A stretch of 63,301 nucleotides of DNA, counting the filler, from Octopus bimaculoides (taxonomy: Eukaryota), in the NCBI RefSeq assembly GCF_001194135.2. It is 5 parts of 5 records of this genome, joined end to end, with 100 filler letters (N's around TTAATTAATTAA, not from the genome) between each part and the next. Parts side by side here need not be neighbours in the genome. Positions count along the whole stretch, not along the records: positions 1 to 25,263 come from NC_068996.1; 4 more parts are not named here. One strand, written 5' to 3'. This document shows, one piece after another, positions 1-12,699 of this stretch (its first letter is position 1; every line of letters starts with the position of its first letter). The translations under genes and the position numbers were made by a program. The notes beneath the pieces were generated by a model. The model made no database searches. It was not told where the DNA came from and saw only the letters and a list, made by a program, of their open reading frames with translations.

Positions 1-504
1 ATATATATATATATACACACACATATGCACACACATACACAATTACATACATACATACAAATACTTTAATTTGTGTGTATTTTTGAATATAAGGTTATCA
101 TGGGTGTATGTTATTGTATCTGTGTGCATATGTATTGTATGTATAAATGTCTGCACCTATGTACGTACATTTTGTTTATAGCGGTTGCTTTTATTATTTT
201 ATTTTATTTTTTTTTGCAAAGAACGGTTTCCGAATAATAAACGTTATTGTACTGTCCGTCAAATTGTAACTAAAGTACAACAATTGTGCGCTTCAACTAC
301 ACCATAGATGATTCTTGTTACCGGAGGTAAACCACTGAAGTGTTACAGAGGAGAAAAGTTTCAAATTTACATCATACCCCTAACTCTGTTTCTGTTGCTT
401 CCGTTTTTAAGATTCTTGTATCATGTTTTGTTTTTCTCTCCTACTTCATGGTTCGGAACGTCTTTAATTTGTTAAAGATATATGACCGGTCGTTAAGTTG
501 CAGC

Positions 505-684
505 ATATGCATGTATGTATGTATGTATGTATGTATGTGTGTGTGTGTGCATGTATGTATGTATGTATGCATGTATGTACGTACGTATGTATGTATGTAT
601 GTATGCATGTGAGTGTGTATGTTTATGTATGTGTGTATGCATGTCTGTATATGTACACACAAACATGCACACACATACACACAC

Positions 685-733
<49 letters not shown>

Positions 734-745
734 TGTGTCTGTGTG
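505..745. repeat. Compound (TATG)n/(TG)n/(CA)n microsatellite
   Basis: Directly visible tandem TATG, TG and CA runs; explains the MYVC/HTHT ORFs here. Confidence 0.95.
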
Positions 746-751
746 TATTTA

Positions 752-948
752 TGTGTCTGTGCTTGTTCCCCTACCATCGCTTGACAACCGATGTTGGTGT
801 GTTTACGTCCCCGTAACTTAAGGGTTACCGCAAAAGAGAACGATAGAATAAGTATTAGGTGTACAAAGAATAGGTCCTGGTGTTGATTTCTTCTACTAAA
901 GGCGGTGCTCCAGTATGGCCGCAGTCAAACGACTGAAACAAATAAAAC
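752..948 (+). mobile_element. SINE family A, 3' half
   Basis: ccatcgcttgacaaccgatgttggtgtgtttacgtccccgtaactta...ggcggtgctccagtatggccgcagtcaaacgactgaaac recurs with high similarity at 14400-14652 and 60030-60209. Confidence 0.85.
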
Positions 949-956
949 CTACGTCT

Positions 957-1238
957 TTTATCCTCTTTGAGTCGTTGGACTGCAGACATGCTAAGGTACC
1001 GATTTCAAGGCTTTAGACAGGTAAATCGACGCCAGTACTTATCTTAAGGTTTGATACTTGTTTTATAGGTGCCTATTGCCAAACCGCTAAAGTAAAGAGA
1101 CTGAAACAAATCAACTCTGGTTGTCAAACTTTCAGTGAAAGACGGGCACAAACATAGATACGCGCATGCTCTTTTGAACACACACACACGCACACACGCA
1201 CGCACACACGCACGCACACACGCACGCACGCACACACA

Positions 1239-1282
<44 letters not shown>

Positions 1283-1298
1283 CACACGNNNNNNNNNN

Positions 1299-1336
<38 letters not shown>

Positions 1337-1530
1337 CACACGCACGCACGCACACACACTGTATGACGGTCTTGCACACAGTTTCCGTCTATCGAATTCA
1401 CTCACAAGGCATTGATCTGCCCGGGGCTATAGCAAATGATGCATGTCTAAAGTGCCGCACATTTGAACTGATCTCAAAACCACGTGGCTGGAAAGCGAAC
1501 TTCCTAAACACACAACCATGCTTGTGCCAG
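957..1530 (-). mobile_element. SINE family A, near full length, with internal (TG)n microsatellite
   Basis: 957-1170 is the reverse complement of the family A tail; 1361-1530 is the reverse complement of the tRNA-like head seen at 53027 and 59949; a (CA)n tract lies between. Confidence 0.75.
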
Positions 1531-1543
1531 TATGTATATATAT

Positions 1544-1785
1544 GGCGGTGAGCTGGCAGAATCGTTAGCACGCCGGGCGAAATGCTTTGTGGTATTTCGT
1601 CTGTCTTTATGTTCTGAGTTCAAATTCCGCCGAGGTTGACTTTGCCTTTCATCCCTTGGGGGTCCATTAAATAAGTACCAGTTATGCACTGGAGTCGATG
1701 TAATCGACTTAATCCCTTTGTCTGTCTTTGTTTGTCTCCTGTATGTTTAGCTCTCCTGTATTGCCCTGTAGGCAATAAAGAAAGA
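1544..1785 (+). mobile_element. SINE family B
   Basis: ggcggtgagctggcagaatcgttagcacgccgggcgaaatgc...gagttcaaattccgccgagg...gcctttcatcc...taagtaccag; B-box-like gagttcaaattcc; many further copies in the window. Confidence 0.9.
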
Positions 1786-3249
1786 AATATGTATATATGT
1801 TTGGATATATGTATGTGCATGAATATATGTATGTCTATGTATTTGTATATATATATACACGCACACACACACACGAATGTATACGGGTCTGCACTGGCAC
1901 CACACTCACACACATATTCTGCATAAATGTACTTATTTTAAGCTGATTACTTTTTACTCTTGAAATTCATATTAGTTATAACGCGTTCTTTAGTATTTTA
2001 ACCATCGCACTAAACTGTTTTTAATTGATACAGATTTACACATGCTAAATAATTTGTATATTATTATATTATATTATATTATAAGTGCGCTTGGAAGCTT
2101 AAACCATCATTTATTTTTGTAACTAATGGCTGCCCTATTGCTCTCCGATATTTCTTATTACACTCATATTGCAAGATATCTTTAGTGAATTAATCCCTTA
2201 TTTTCACGTTTCGACGATCTCAAACTCCTTTTCACTTTCAACACACATCTTGCCCAATTTCAGAATGTATATAACGTTATCGTCATGCAGCCAAAACGAT
2301 TGCCTCAGAAGACAACTTTATATCTAAATTTTCCGTCAATAAAAAAAAACCTTCCCGTTTCCTATTCGTTGTCCCCTAATTTCGCACACCCGCATATATT
2401 CCGTAAATCCTTTCCCTTATAACACTATCAAACCATCGAATCTTTTAGCATTACAGTTATTTGTGTGAGTAAACTGATGCATCATAACGAGGTCTTATTC
2501 CCACCGTGCGTGTCTGTCTACTTCTCTTTAGGGTTCAATTCGTAGAATTTCTAACACTAAATAAATATAAAATCCAGAGCAGAAGAAATTTAAAAAAAAA
2601 ATAACTATAATCGAGTTTGTTATCAATTTCCACTCACGTTTCATGCCTAAAGAGACGACAACTATGAACGATCAGTTTCTACGTATATTAAATATGACTT
2701 TCTTTTGGGCAACTACCACATCAATTCCCACAGACAGATTCTTTTAAAATCTGTATATGTTGTAAAATTATGGTTACATCAGAGAAGGAATGATAGCACT
2801 TCTGACTTTTTGTCTGGATATCGGAGACAAGAAGAAGGAACAGGGTAAATTATTCTCACTTCAAAATTAAAATATTTCAGTTGATTCTACTAAAATTTTG
2901 ATTAAATATGATATACCGGAGAACTTATCATTAGGATCTTAAGTATTCGTATGAAATATCCACTTCCTTTCTCCATTTCCTAACACAATATAGAATATAT
3001 TGTTTTCTCATTCTTTTCCTATGTTTTATTAAAATCTTAACCTTATTTACAATTATGTAGATCGATCACTATTTCCATTTTCTTCTTTAACGAAATTTCA
3101 ATGTCACCAGCTTCTGAAAAATAACTTCCATTAAGCTAACATGGAATATCTACTGGTCATCCTACCTACTAGAGATACAATCCAAATTCCTTTCGAATCA
3201 CACCCACTTTAAAAGAAATCGACTAACGCGCGATAACAGATAGCAGTAG

Positions 3250-3325
3250 CAACCACAACAACAACGACTACGACTACTACTACTACTAAACCCCACCCCC
3301 ACCCCCACTACTACTACTACTACTG

Positions 3326-3371
<46 letters not shown>

Positions 3372-3372
3372 A
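3250..3372. repeat. (CAA)n/(CTA)n microsatellite
   Basis: Visible tandem trinucleotides. Confidence 0.9.
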
Positions 3373-5208
3373 ATAGTATCAAACAAAAACGTAAGGAAAA
3401 GGATAGAATGAATGTGTGTATAAATACATACGTGCCCCACCCACCACAAATGTATTTCCAGCTCTACCTTAATGTTTGAGTGATTTTGTTAAGTTCATGC
3501 GTGACAAGTAAATTTACTGAGACAAAATTACTGCTTTTTTATGTTAACATGCTAACGAAAGAGCTTAAAACGTGATAAAATTTGATGTGTTTTTTTAGTT
3601 AATTGTTTCTTAGTTAATTGATTGCATAATATCTTCTTTTCTTTACGGGCTGAAATTTACATTTATATAAGATAATTGATAAAAGCACACATATATACCT
3701 GTCTATTTCTTAATGCTCAACTAAATTTATGCGGCCGGAAGAAACCATCCCTCGCTCATTTAACGCAAGCTGTCTTAATTGATTTATGTCCACTGAATGT
3801 GAAGAAAAAGATAATAACGAAAGTTGGTTTTAGGATGTGTGATGTGATATATAGTTTTGGTGTATTCGGACGGTTATTATGTGCGTAAGCATGTGTTTGT
3901 GTATGCATGTCTGTACGTAAGCATGCTTATGTATTTTAACACGCCATCTTATTAAACACTACACCTGGTCTCTTACAAGCATTCAGACAAGCGCCTTCGT
4001 TCGTCAACACCCACGTTTTCTGTTTTAGAAACTGACCTCCGGAGATATAAGATAAAACATCAATCGAAACAATGATAGCCATCTAGAAGATCCTGAAAAA
4101 GTCATGGACGCTATAGTGTCCTCGCAAGTCTAATTAAAATGAAATAGATATGAGAATTCTTGACGTATTTTTTTTTCCATTTGAACTTTATTTGGACTCT
4201 CTGAGTTCCACTTTCAGTGACTCGACCTTAAATAAAATTTCATTGATACCTTTAAATCCAACGATTGTCTGAAGATAACTGTGATTATCACTTACAGAAT
4301 GAATTCTATGGGGGAATCGAACCAATCTCATAGACAGCCACCTCCCATTACTATCCGTTTATAGTTTGTTACACGGATCTCAGTATTTGAGTTGTACACG
4401 TGGGAGCTTCTATGTGGCCATTAAAAATGCTAGAACTAGCAACAAAATCTTGTTCAACACAATCTTCCATCATAATTTTTTATAGAAAAACACTTTGGAT
4501 AATGTAGTCGTAGATACATTGTTGCACCCAAAAGATTAAAATGAAAAGGTCATGGCTGGAGTACGCTTGAACAAAGCTCAATCAGAGCTATCTTGTTTAG
4601 CCTCGTGAGGTTAAACAATAACAACAACAGAAAAACACCTGATATTTATTAAACAGAAACCGGTTTATTACACAAGGCAGCAGCAGGAATATCATCATCA
4701 TCATCTCGTCGTCTTCGTCGTTGACGTTGTTCCGGCTACCTTTCGCATCCTTCTCCTTCTGTACTTCTCTACTCCTCTCTTCTTCCTCCACCTCATCATC
4801 TGCTACTATCTAAGATAGTAGTAGCAGCAACGGCAGTAGCAGCAGTGATAATTTCTATATTTAGCTCCGGGGCCAAAAAGGAAAAGTGAGAAAAGAATGG
4901 ACAGACTGTCGAAGCAGTATTTCTAGTTCTAGATGTGGTGTGGCTGATATAATTAAAGAGGTTATTGTAATGTTTTTCTTCTCCGACAAAATATTAGTGT
5001 TTTTTCATCAAATATCGTTTGGAGCGCAAAGAATGAAGCTTGGGAAGGAAGCTGTACCCTAAGGCAAACTTCATGAAAGGTATTTCATGGCAGAAGTGGA
5101 TCACATATGGTTGATGACGTAACACTTCCGGCTTGCTTATACAAAGTGAAGAATCGTATCTTCAGCAATGGTCTACTTATACTTTTAGGGAACTCTCTAA
5201 TTCTCATA

Positions 5209-5515
5209 TGTGTGGCTTAGTGGTTAAGGCATTGAGCTCACTATCGTAAGGTTGTGAGTTCAATTCCCGGCGACGTGTTGTGTCATTGAGCAAGACGCTT
5301 TATTTCACTTTGCTCCATTCCAGTCAGGTGGAATAAATGAGTTGTACCTGTCTTTTAAGAAAGGGCCAGCGTTGTCACATTCTGTGTCACGCTGAAATTC
5401 TCAATGAACTTCGTTAAGAGTACGTTTGTCTGTGGAGTGCACGTTAATTTTCCGGGCTAGCTGTTCCGTTGATCAGATCAGCTGGAACCGTCGTTGTAAC
5501 CGACGGAGTACCAGT
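5209..5515 (+). mobile_element. tRNA-derived SINE family C (CORE-like central segment)
   Basis: A box tggcttagtgg, B box gagttcaattcc, then gtgtcattgagcaagacgcttt resembling the CORE-SINE domain (resemblance from memory). Confidence 0.75.
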
Positions 5516-6813
5516 ATAGTATGTGTGTGTGTATTTATACATAGTCATATGCATTCATAAACGCCCAATACATATCTATGAATATGATGTTTGGCTGTGA
5601 ATACTTGTATACGTATATATAAATATGTGTGGGTGTCTTTGTATACTCATATAAATACATATAGAAATGTTATGTAAAATATATACATACGTACGTTCAT
5701 GTATATAAATGTATTATGTATATATGTGTGTTCATGTGTGTGTGTGTTTGTATGTGTATGTAAATATACATGCAGTATGTTTGTATGTAAACGTATGTAA
5801 CTGTGTATGTATGTATGCATATGTATATATATTGCCTGAGGGAAATTTTTTTTAAAATTGTCTTTTTCGTTTCGTGATTCATCGAAAACCAGTCATCGCT
5901 TGATTTTTACGAGCATTTCTCTACGTGATCCACTGTGACATATATGAAGTATGGGTCAGCGTATAAATACTTCGTGTATAAAACTAAAAGTATATTTTGT
6001 GTACGCGATTTACAGACTTTTCACCAGTGATCCATAATTATTGTCATTTGGCAGTATTGACCATCTGAATTCTAAACCAGAACACGTTTATATTTTGTTG
6101 TCCCAAGTAACAATATCAGGCATGTTCTACTTAAATTTGATTTGTGTTTTTTATTTCCCATTCATCGGTCTTAGTATATTTCTTTAATTTATTTATATGT
6201 ATGTATTTATGTTTTATTCTAGGTATGTCTTCTCATGTATATACTTTCATATCTAGACATGCTCATATATACTTAAATGGTAAACATCTGCAAAGTTTTA
6301 CAGATTTTTACAGTTCCAGTGATGGTATGGATCTATAGTCTTCGAATTAGCTTTCTCCTTTCTGGTTTTGAGAAGCCTAATTTCTTCAGATTAGTATTCA
6401 GGTAGTGTGATATATATCCCAATATCCCAATAATTACACATATGTATGCATGTAATGTAAGTATGCATGTAATGTATGTATGTATGTACGTATGTATGTA
6501 TGTATGCATGCATGCATGCGTGCAAGTATATATGTATGTATGTATGTATGTGTGTATGTATATATGTATGTATGTATGGATGGATGGATGGAAAGATGGA
6601 TGGATATATNNNNNNNNNNNNNNNNNNNNNNNNNNNNNNNNNNNNNNNNNNNNNNNNNNNNNNNNNNNNNNNNNNNNNNNNNNNNNNNNNNNNNNNNNNN
6701 NNNNNNNNNNNNNNNNNNNNNNNNNNNNNNNNNNNNNNNNNNNNNNNNNNNNNNNNNNNNNNNNNNNNNNNNNNNNNNNNNNNNNNNNNNNNNNNNNNNN
6801 NNNNNNNNNNNNN

Positions 6814-6845
<32 letters not shown>

Positions 6846-7341
6846 CGATAACTGCTGGAAAACCATTTGACATTGATGTTTTAAATCAGGGATGACATTA
6901 TCTGCAGTGTAATAGTAACCAGGTCAACAAAAACATGGATTAGCAGAGTGAAGTTCCGATCATCGCATTTCTGGTTTATATCGTGTAATGTTTTTGAGAC
7001 ATTACCTTTCAAATCGTGCGCTACCTGTACCGCATAAAAAAGTTAACATTGTATTATGTAGTCTAGACTTCTCTAAAAAGGAGAGAAGGTCGTAGCGAAA
7101 TGACTTATGTTCAACATGTGTCTCCTCTACCAAGATTGATCTCTGAAGTAAAAATGGTCAACAACAACTAGCTGTACAGGGAGGATATATTAGGTATGTG
7201 TATACACATGTATGTATTTATGCATGTATGTATGTATGCATGTATGTATGTATGCATGTATGTATGTGCGTGTATGTATGTATGCATGTNNNNNNNNNNT
7301 GTGCGTGTATGTATGTATGCATGTATGTATGTGTGTGTGTG

Positions 7342-7375
<34 letters not shown>

Positions 7376-7555
7376 TGTATATGTGTGTGCGTATGTATGT
7401 ATATCTCTGTATCATAGTAAGTAATTCAACCCATGGCTACCACTTGTATCTCTTGTAATAATTTTATGTAGTTTCCACGTCTTCTTGATTAAATAACAAT
7501 AATAATAACGTAATATTGATGATGCTTATATTGGGAGTTATTATGATGATGGTGT

Positions 7556-7632
7556 GTATGTGTGTGTGACGACGACGGCGGCGGCGGCGGTGGTAATGAT
7601 GATGATGATGATGATAATGATGATGATGGTGG

Positions 7633-7682
<50 letters not shown>

Positions 7683-7727
7683 TTGATGATGATGATGATG
7701 ATTATGATGGTGATGATGATGATGATA
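7556..7727. repeat. (GAT)n microsatellite with GAC/GGC start
   Basis: Visible; source of the poly-Met and poly-Asp ORFs. Confidence 0.95.
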
Positions 7728-8027
7728 TGCAGCTTGGATTCATCGACTGCTGTACATATTACTTTGTTTATCTGGAAAGTAGATATACTAAAACAATCAG
7801 TTTATTTCAGGATATCTTTCATTTACGTCAAAGCTGTATGGAATTACGTAAATTAGAATTGATACACAAGTCGGCATATAAATCAAGTAGTTATTTCTAT
7901 ATATTAATGCATATTCATTTATTTATTATTTTACAACTATTTTTGAAAATCATACACTAAAAATATAATAATAATAATAATGATAATAATAATAATAATT
8001 ATTATTATTATTATTATTATTATTATA

Positions 8028-8247
8028 CATTCTACTACAGGCATAAGGCCTGTAGGCCTGTTATTTTTGGGGAGAGTATAAGTCGAATATATCGATCCCA
8101 GTATTTGACTGTTACTTAATTTATCGAATACCGAAACCATGAAAGGCAAAGTCGACCTCAGCGGAATTTGAACCCAGAACGTAAAGACGGGCGAAATACT
8201 GTTAAGCATTTTGCCCGGCGTGCTAACCATTCTGCCAGCTCACCGCC
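8028..8247 (-). mobile_element. SINE family B
   Basis: Reverse complement of the 1544 copy, ending ...ttctgccagctcaccgcc; AAT/ATT tracts on both sides. Confidence 0.9.
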
Positions 8248-8309
<62 letters not shown>

Positions 8310-8340
8310 AATGATGATGATGATGATAATAATAACAATA

Positions 8341-10013
8341 ATCAGGAGGGGCATCTTCCAACGGGACTGCCTGTCTCCACTAATCCTTGTACTGTGCTTG
8401 ATACCACTAACACTGATTTTGAGGAAAGCAAAAGTTGGGTATGTATTAAAAAGCCGCCAACAAAAAGTCAACCATTTTTTATTCATGGATGACCTCAAAC
8501 TTTATGGTAAAGATGAAGCTCAAGTCAGTTCCCTCGTTGATACGATGTATACTTCCAGTGCTGATATCAGAATAGAGTTTGGATTGGAAAAGTGTGGTGT
8601 GTTAGTCTTGAAGAGAGGCAAAATCAAATGTATGGACGGACTAAAGATATCGTCGGGGGCGGTTATGAAGCAGATAGAAGAGACAGGCTATAAGTACATG
8701 GGGATTTTGGAAATGGACAAATTGATGGAGAAATAAATGACAGAAAAGTTTAAGGTGGAGTACTTGTGCAGACTGAGACTGATCCTTAAATCGAGATTAA
8801 ACGGACGGAATAAGATCGAAGCTATCAATACCTGGGCGGTAACACTTCTTAGATATGGAGCAGGGGTAATCGCATGGACAGTAGACGAACTAAACAGCTT
8901 AGACACAAAGACAAGGAAGTTGCTAACTAGATATGGGACACTCATCCCCAAATGTGACACAGACAGACTGTATGTACGAACAAAAAGAGGGTGAAGAGGC
9001 CTTATTGGATGCGAACACAGCATTAGAGCAGACGTAAATACCATAACATGGTATATAAAAAATGCCACAGAACCGCTATTATAAGAAATGAGAAGGTCAG
9101 GCTTGTGTAGGATGGAAGATTGCAAAGATAAAGCACTATACAAGAAATTGAAAACGAATAGAACTGAAAATACGTGGGTAAAGAAAAGAATGCATAGACA
9201 ATTTCATAGAGTTGTTGAAGATAAGACAGACAGAGAACAAGATGGCTGTGGATGACTAAAAGTGATTTAAAACCGGAAACGGAGGCTCTAATCTGTGCTG
9301 CCCAAGATCAAGCACTAAGAACAAACTACATAAAATACAGAATAGACAACACATCAGAAAGTGGTAAGTGCAGAATCTGTGGATAAAATGGTGAAACCGT
9401 GTGGCTATTACCAGGCACTGTACGCCATGATCCCAGAAGGAATATAAGAGACGCCACGACAATATAGCCAGGCTTGTCCATTGGACACTTTCCAACAAGT
9501 ATGGACTTGACAGAGCAAAAAAATTGGTACGACCACAAAGCCAAGGGTATCATCAAAATTAAAAACGCAAGCATCCTAGGAATTTTTATGATTCAGTGCG
9601 ACCACGAGATAGAGAATAGGAAACCAGGCATAGTCTTAATTGAGAAACAAAAAAAATTATGCTGGATCATAGATGTAGCATGCCCAGCTGACAACAAGTT
9701 ATGCGATAAGGAATAAAGAAAAGTCGATAGGTATGACGGGTTAGCTTGGGAAGTTAAGCAGTGGTCTCTGAAAAAGGTGGTAGTAGTACCAAAAATTGTT
9801 GGAGCCCTGAAAAAAAGGGGCAAAAATCTCGAGAAGGTACGTGGAACAAATAAGAACTGCAATAGGGGTGGAGCGCTTGCAGAAAATTGCACTGTTTGGA
9901 AACTCTCGAATACGCCGGAAGGTGCTCGAAAAATATGAGATGTTACCTGAGTTTACTGGTAGTGAAAAGCTGGCACCGCAGTACATCTCCGGTGTTAGAA
10001 GCTGTGCAAAGGC
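8341..10013 (+). mobile_element. R4/Dong-clade non-LTR retrotransposon, subfamily A, 5'-truncated and disrupted (RT, CCHC, RLE, 3' UTR)
   Basis: RRGIFQRDCLSP, FLFMDDLKLY (RT active site), GYKYMGILE, ETEALICAAQDQAL, KCRICG, RKPGIVLI..WIIDVACP (PD..D endonuclease, D to G), LQKIALFG; stops and frameshifts; starts right after (AAT/GAT)n and ends gaagctgtgcaaaggc followed by AAT/AAC. Confidence 0.92.
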
Positions 10014-10033
10014 AATAACAACAACAACATCAA

Positions 10034-10494
10034 CAACACTATGGAATAACAACAGAAAAAACATGGTATTGGCATACGCCAGAAACGTTCACAGAAAACG
10101 AGAAAGCAACAATACTCTGGGATATGCCAATACACACAGATAAAGAAATTAAGGCCAATAGACCAGATATACTTGTCAAAGATCATGAAGGAAAAATATG
10201 CTTTCTAATTGATGTATCAATACCAGCAGATGACAACGTTTCCCTAAAAGAAATGGAAAAACTTTCAAAATACAAAGACCTGGAAATAGAGGTAACTCGA
10301 ATGTGGAATCTAAAAACAGAAACAATTCCTATCATAGTAGGTGCCTTAGGTATAATAAAAAAATATTCAGACAAATACATAACAAAAACACCAGGACTTA
10401 CAAATATATATAACATACAGAAAATTGCACTACTGGGTACTGCACACATTCTACGCAAAACACTTTCAATACAGTAAACATAAGAGCCCCACCN
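10034..10494 (+). mobile_element. R4/Dong subfamily B, 3' fragment (RLE domain open)
   Basis: HYGITTEKTWYWHTPE..ILWDMPIHTDKEIKANRPDIL..FLIDVSIP..KLSKYKDL..QKIALLGTAHILRKTLSIQ*; runs into a gap. Confidence 0.92.
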
Positions 10495-10720
10495 NNNNNN
10501 NNNNNNNNNNNNNNNNNNNNNNNNNNNNNNNNNNNNNNNNNNNNNNNNNNNNNNNNNNNNNNNNNNNNNNNNNNNNNNNNNNNNNNNNNNNNNNNNNNNN
10601 NNNNNNNNNNNNNNNNNNNNNNNNNNNNNNNNNNNNNNNNNNNNNNNNNNNNNNNNNNNNNNNNNNNNNNNNNNNNNNNNNNNNNNNNATAATAATAATA
10701 ATAATGATAATAATAATAAT

Positions 10721-11103
10721 AATATGCTTTCTAATTGATGTATCAATACCAGCAGATGACAACGTTTCTCGAAAAGAAATGGAAAAACTTTCAAAATACA
10801 AAGACCTGGAAATAGAGATAACTCGAATGTGGAATCTAAAAACAGAAACAATTCCTATCATAGTAGGTGCCTTAGGTATAATAAAAAAATATTCAGACAA
10901 ATACATAACAAAAACACCAGGACTTACAAATATATATAACATACAGAAAATTGCACTACTGGGTACTGCACACATTCTACGCAAAACACTTTCAATACAG
11001 TAAACATAAGAGCCCCACCGGAAACCACAGCACATACCCAAGGCGCACGGAGCTGCGTTCGGTAGTGAAGTGAAAGCACGTTATAAAAATAAAACTACTG
11101 AAC
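10721..11103 (+). mobile_element. R4/Dong subfamily B, 3' fragment with complete 3' UTR
   Basis: Near-identical to 10195-10494; ends aaaactactgaac followed by (AAT)n; preceded by (AAT)n. Confidence 0.92.
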
Positions 11104-11143
11104 AATAATAATAATAATGATAATAATAATAATAATAATAATA

Positions 11144-11190
<47 letters not shown>

Positions 11191-11711
11191 AAATGCCCTG
11201 ATATAGTACCAGGCAGTGGCTCTCATGGCTTCTGTTAACTGATTGGAAGTATTATCATGTACATCCTTTTGTCTTGGTATAAAAGATGGGCTACAGCAAA
11301 TACTCTGCTGAATGCCACAGATTTGCTTGTCAGTTGTTTGACCTTAGCCAGTTGAGCATGTCCCTTGGTGGCTGATGATATGTGCATCTCTGATCACGGG
11401 CAGAAGTGGGTGAGCATCATAGCCATGTGTTGAGAGGAATTATTTGGGGTTTGAATAATCACGTCTGGAAACATGGGCATTTTTTTTCATCATCCTTAAA
11501 CAACCTTTATTCAGGGACCTTTTCAATGATATGGGCTACTCGACCTGAAGAAAATTCTAACTGGGCCCCACCTGTAAGGTCATATATTGTTTATCTCAAG
11601 ATGAGATCACCATGTCGCGTACATATGGTTATGATGCATGTGCCTGATGTACCCTTATCAGACGGGTAGTCATGATGAGTATAATGGGCTTCGTATATAT
11701 TACCCCAGTGT
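11191..11711 (-). mobile_element. Non-coding interspersed repeat 'X' with a fixed end at an (AAT)n tract
   Basis: aaatgccctgat..gtaccaggcagtggctctcatggcttctg recurs at 42373 starting at the same base after a triplet tract. Strand is inferred from the fixed versus truncated ends. Confidence 0.65.
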
Positions 11712-11883
11712 GCAAGTGTGAAGCAGAACAGCTACAAAACTCAGCATTACTTGGAACTGCAAGAATTCTTCGCAGGGTTCTTGAATTATGACCAGTGAAC
11801 AAGTGTCTACTTAGTCTGCTGGCTGTGGACAGGTGACACTTTCTGTCATATCAAGCAAAATAAGCTGAGAGTTTTCATCACAT
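11712..11883 (+). mobile_element. R4/Dong subfamily C, 3' end
   Basis: AEQLQNSALLGTARILRRVLEL* plus a 3' UTR matching 14910-15000, then (AAT)n. Confidence 0.85.
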
Positions 11884-11887
11884 AAAC

Positions 11888-11950
<63 letters not shown>

Positions 11951-12497
11951 CAGCAGATGACCTTGCAGGTGGGGGAGGGGCAGTTAAAATTTTCTAGATG
12001 GGTTACAGCAAATAAAAGATGGGCTCAATACCACAGATTTGTGTGGAACCCAGTAAAGGATAACCTTCCTTGATGAGAGTAAAATTTCACCTTTGAGCTT
12101 CTTTAAGCAGTCCGGTCTAGCGCGATTTCAGAATCAACTCTACTTCAGTCTAAAAATAAAACGAGACTCTAAAGATCATGTGACTGTTTAAATCACACAA
12201 ATCATCACGTGTCGTCCGTCGTGCGGATTGCCAACGGACGCGTTACCCAGTAGTGCAACAGAATCAAACCAAAAATGGGCTTCTGCTCCTCCTTAAATAA
12301 TAGTGCAAATAGTAATAAGGACCGTGAAAACTGCAACCCTAAATCGCTGTGACATCCACTACAAATAAATAAATGAATCAATTAAAGAAACAAAAGAGAA
12401 ATCAATGGATAGAGTAGACATGGTCAAGGGAAGCGTATATAGAAGTGAGGAAAGCGTTTTCTGCATTGCACTGAATAGACTAAAATGTAGTATTGCT

Positions 12498-12580
<83 letters not shown>

Positions 12581-12699
12581 TTGTGAACGGACAATATTAA
12601 AATGTATGATGCAGCAACGAAGAATATACTGAGAGAAAGTTAAATTGGTTAAGAGTCATCAGTAACCTCGTAATCTCAACAACAAAGGCTTTGAGCAAC

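Noticed and set aside
2780-2850. Possible small exon (catcag|...cagg|gtaaat)
   Set aside because: Two frames are open but neither is recognisable and there are no partner exons.
4015-4080. Strong-looking splice acceptor ttttctgttttag
   Set aside because: All three frames stop within 16 codons and there is no other support for a gene.
340-7960. Many 60-180 aa ORFs rich in MYVC, HTHT, poly-V, poly-M or poly-D
   Set aside because: They are translations of TATG, CA, CTA and GAT microsatellites, often reading through N gaps.
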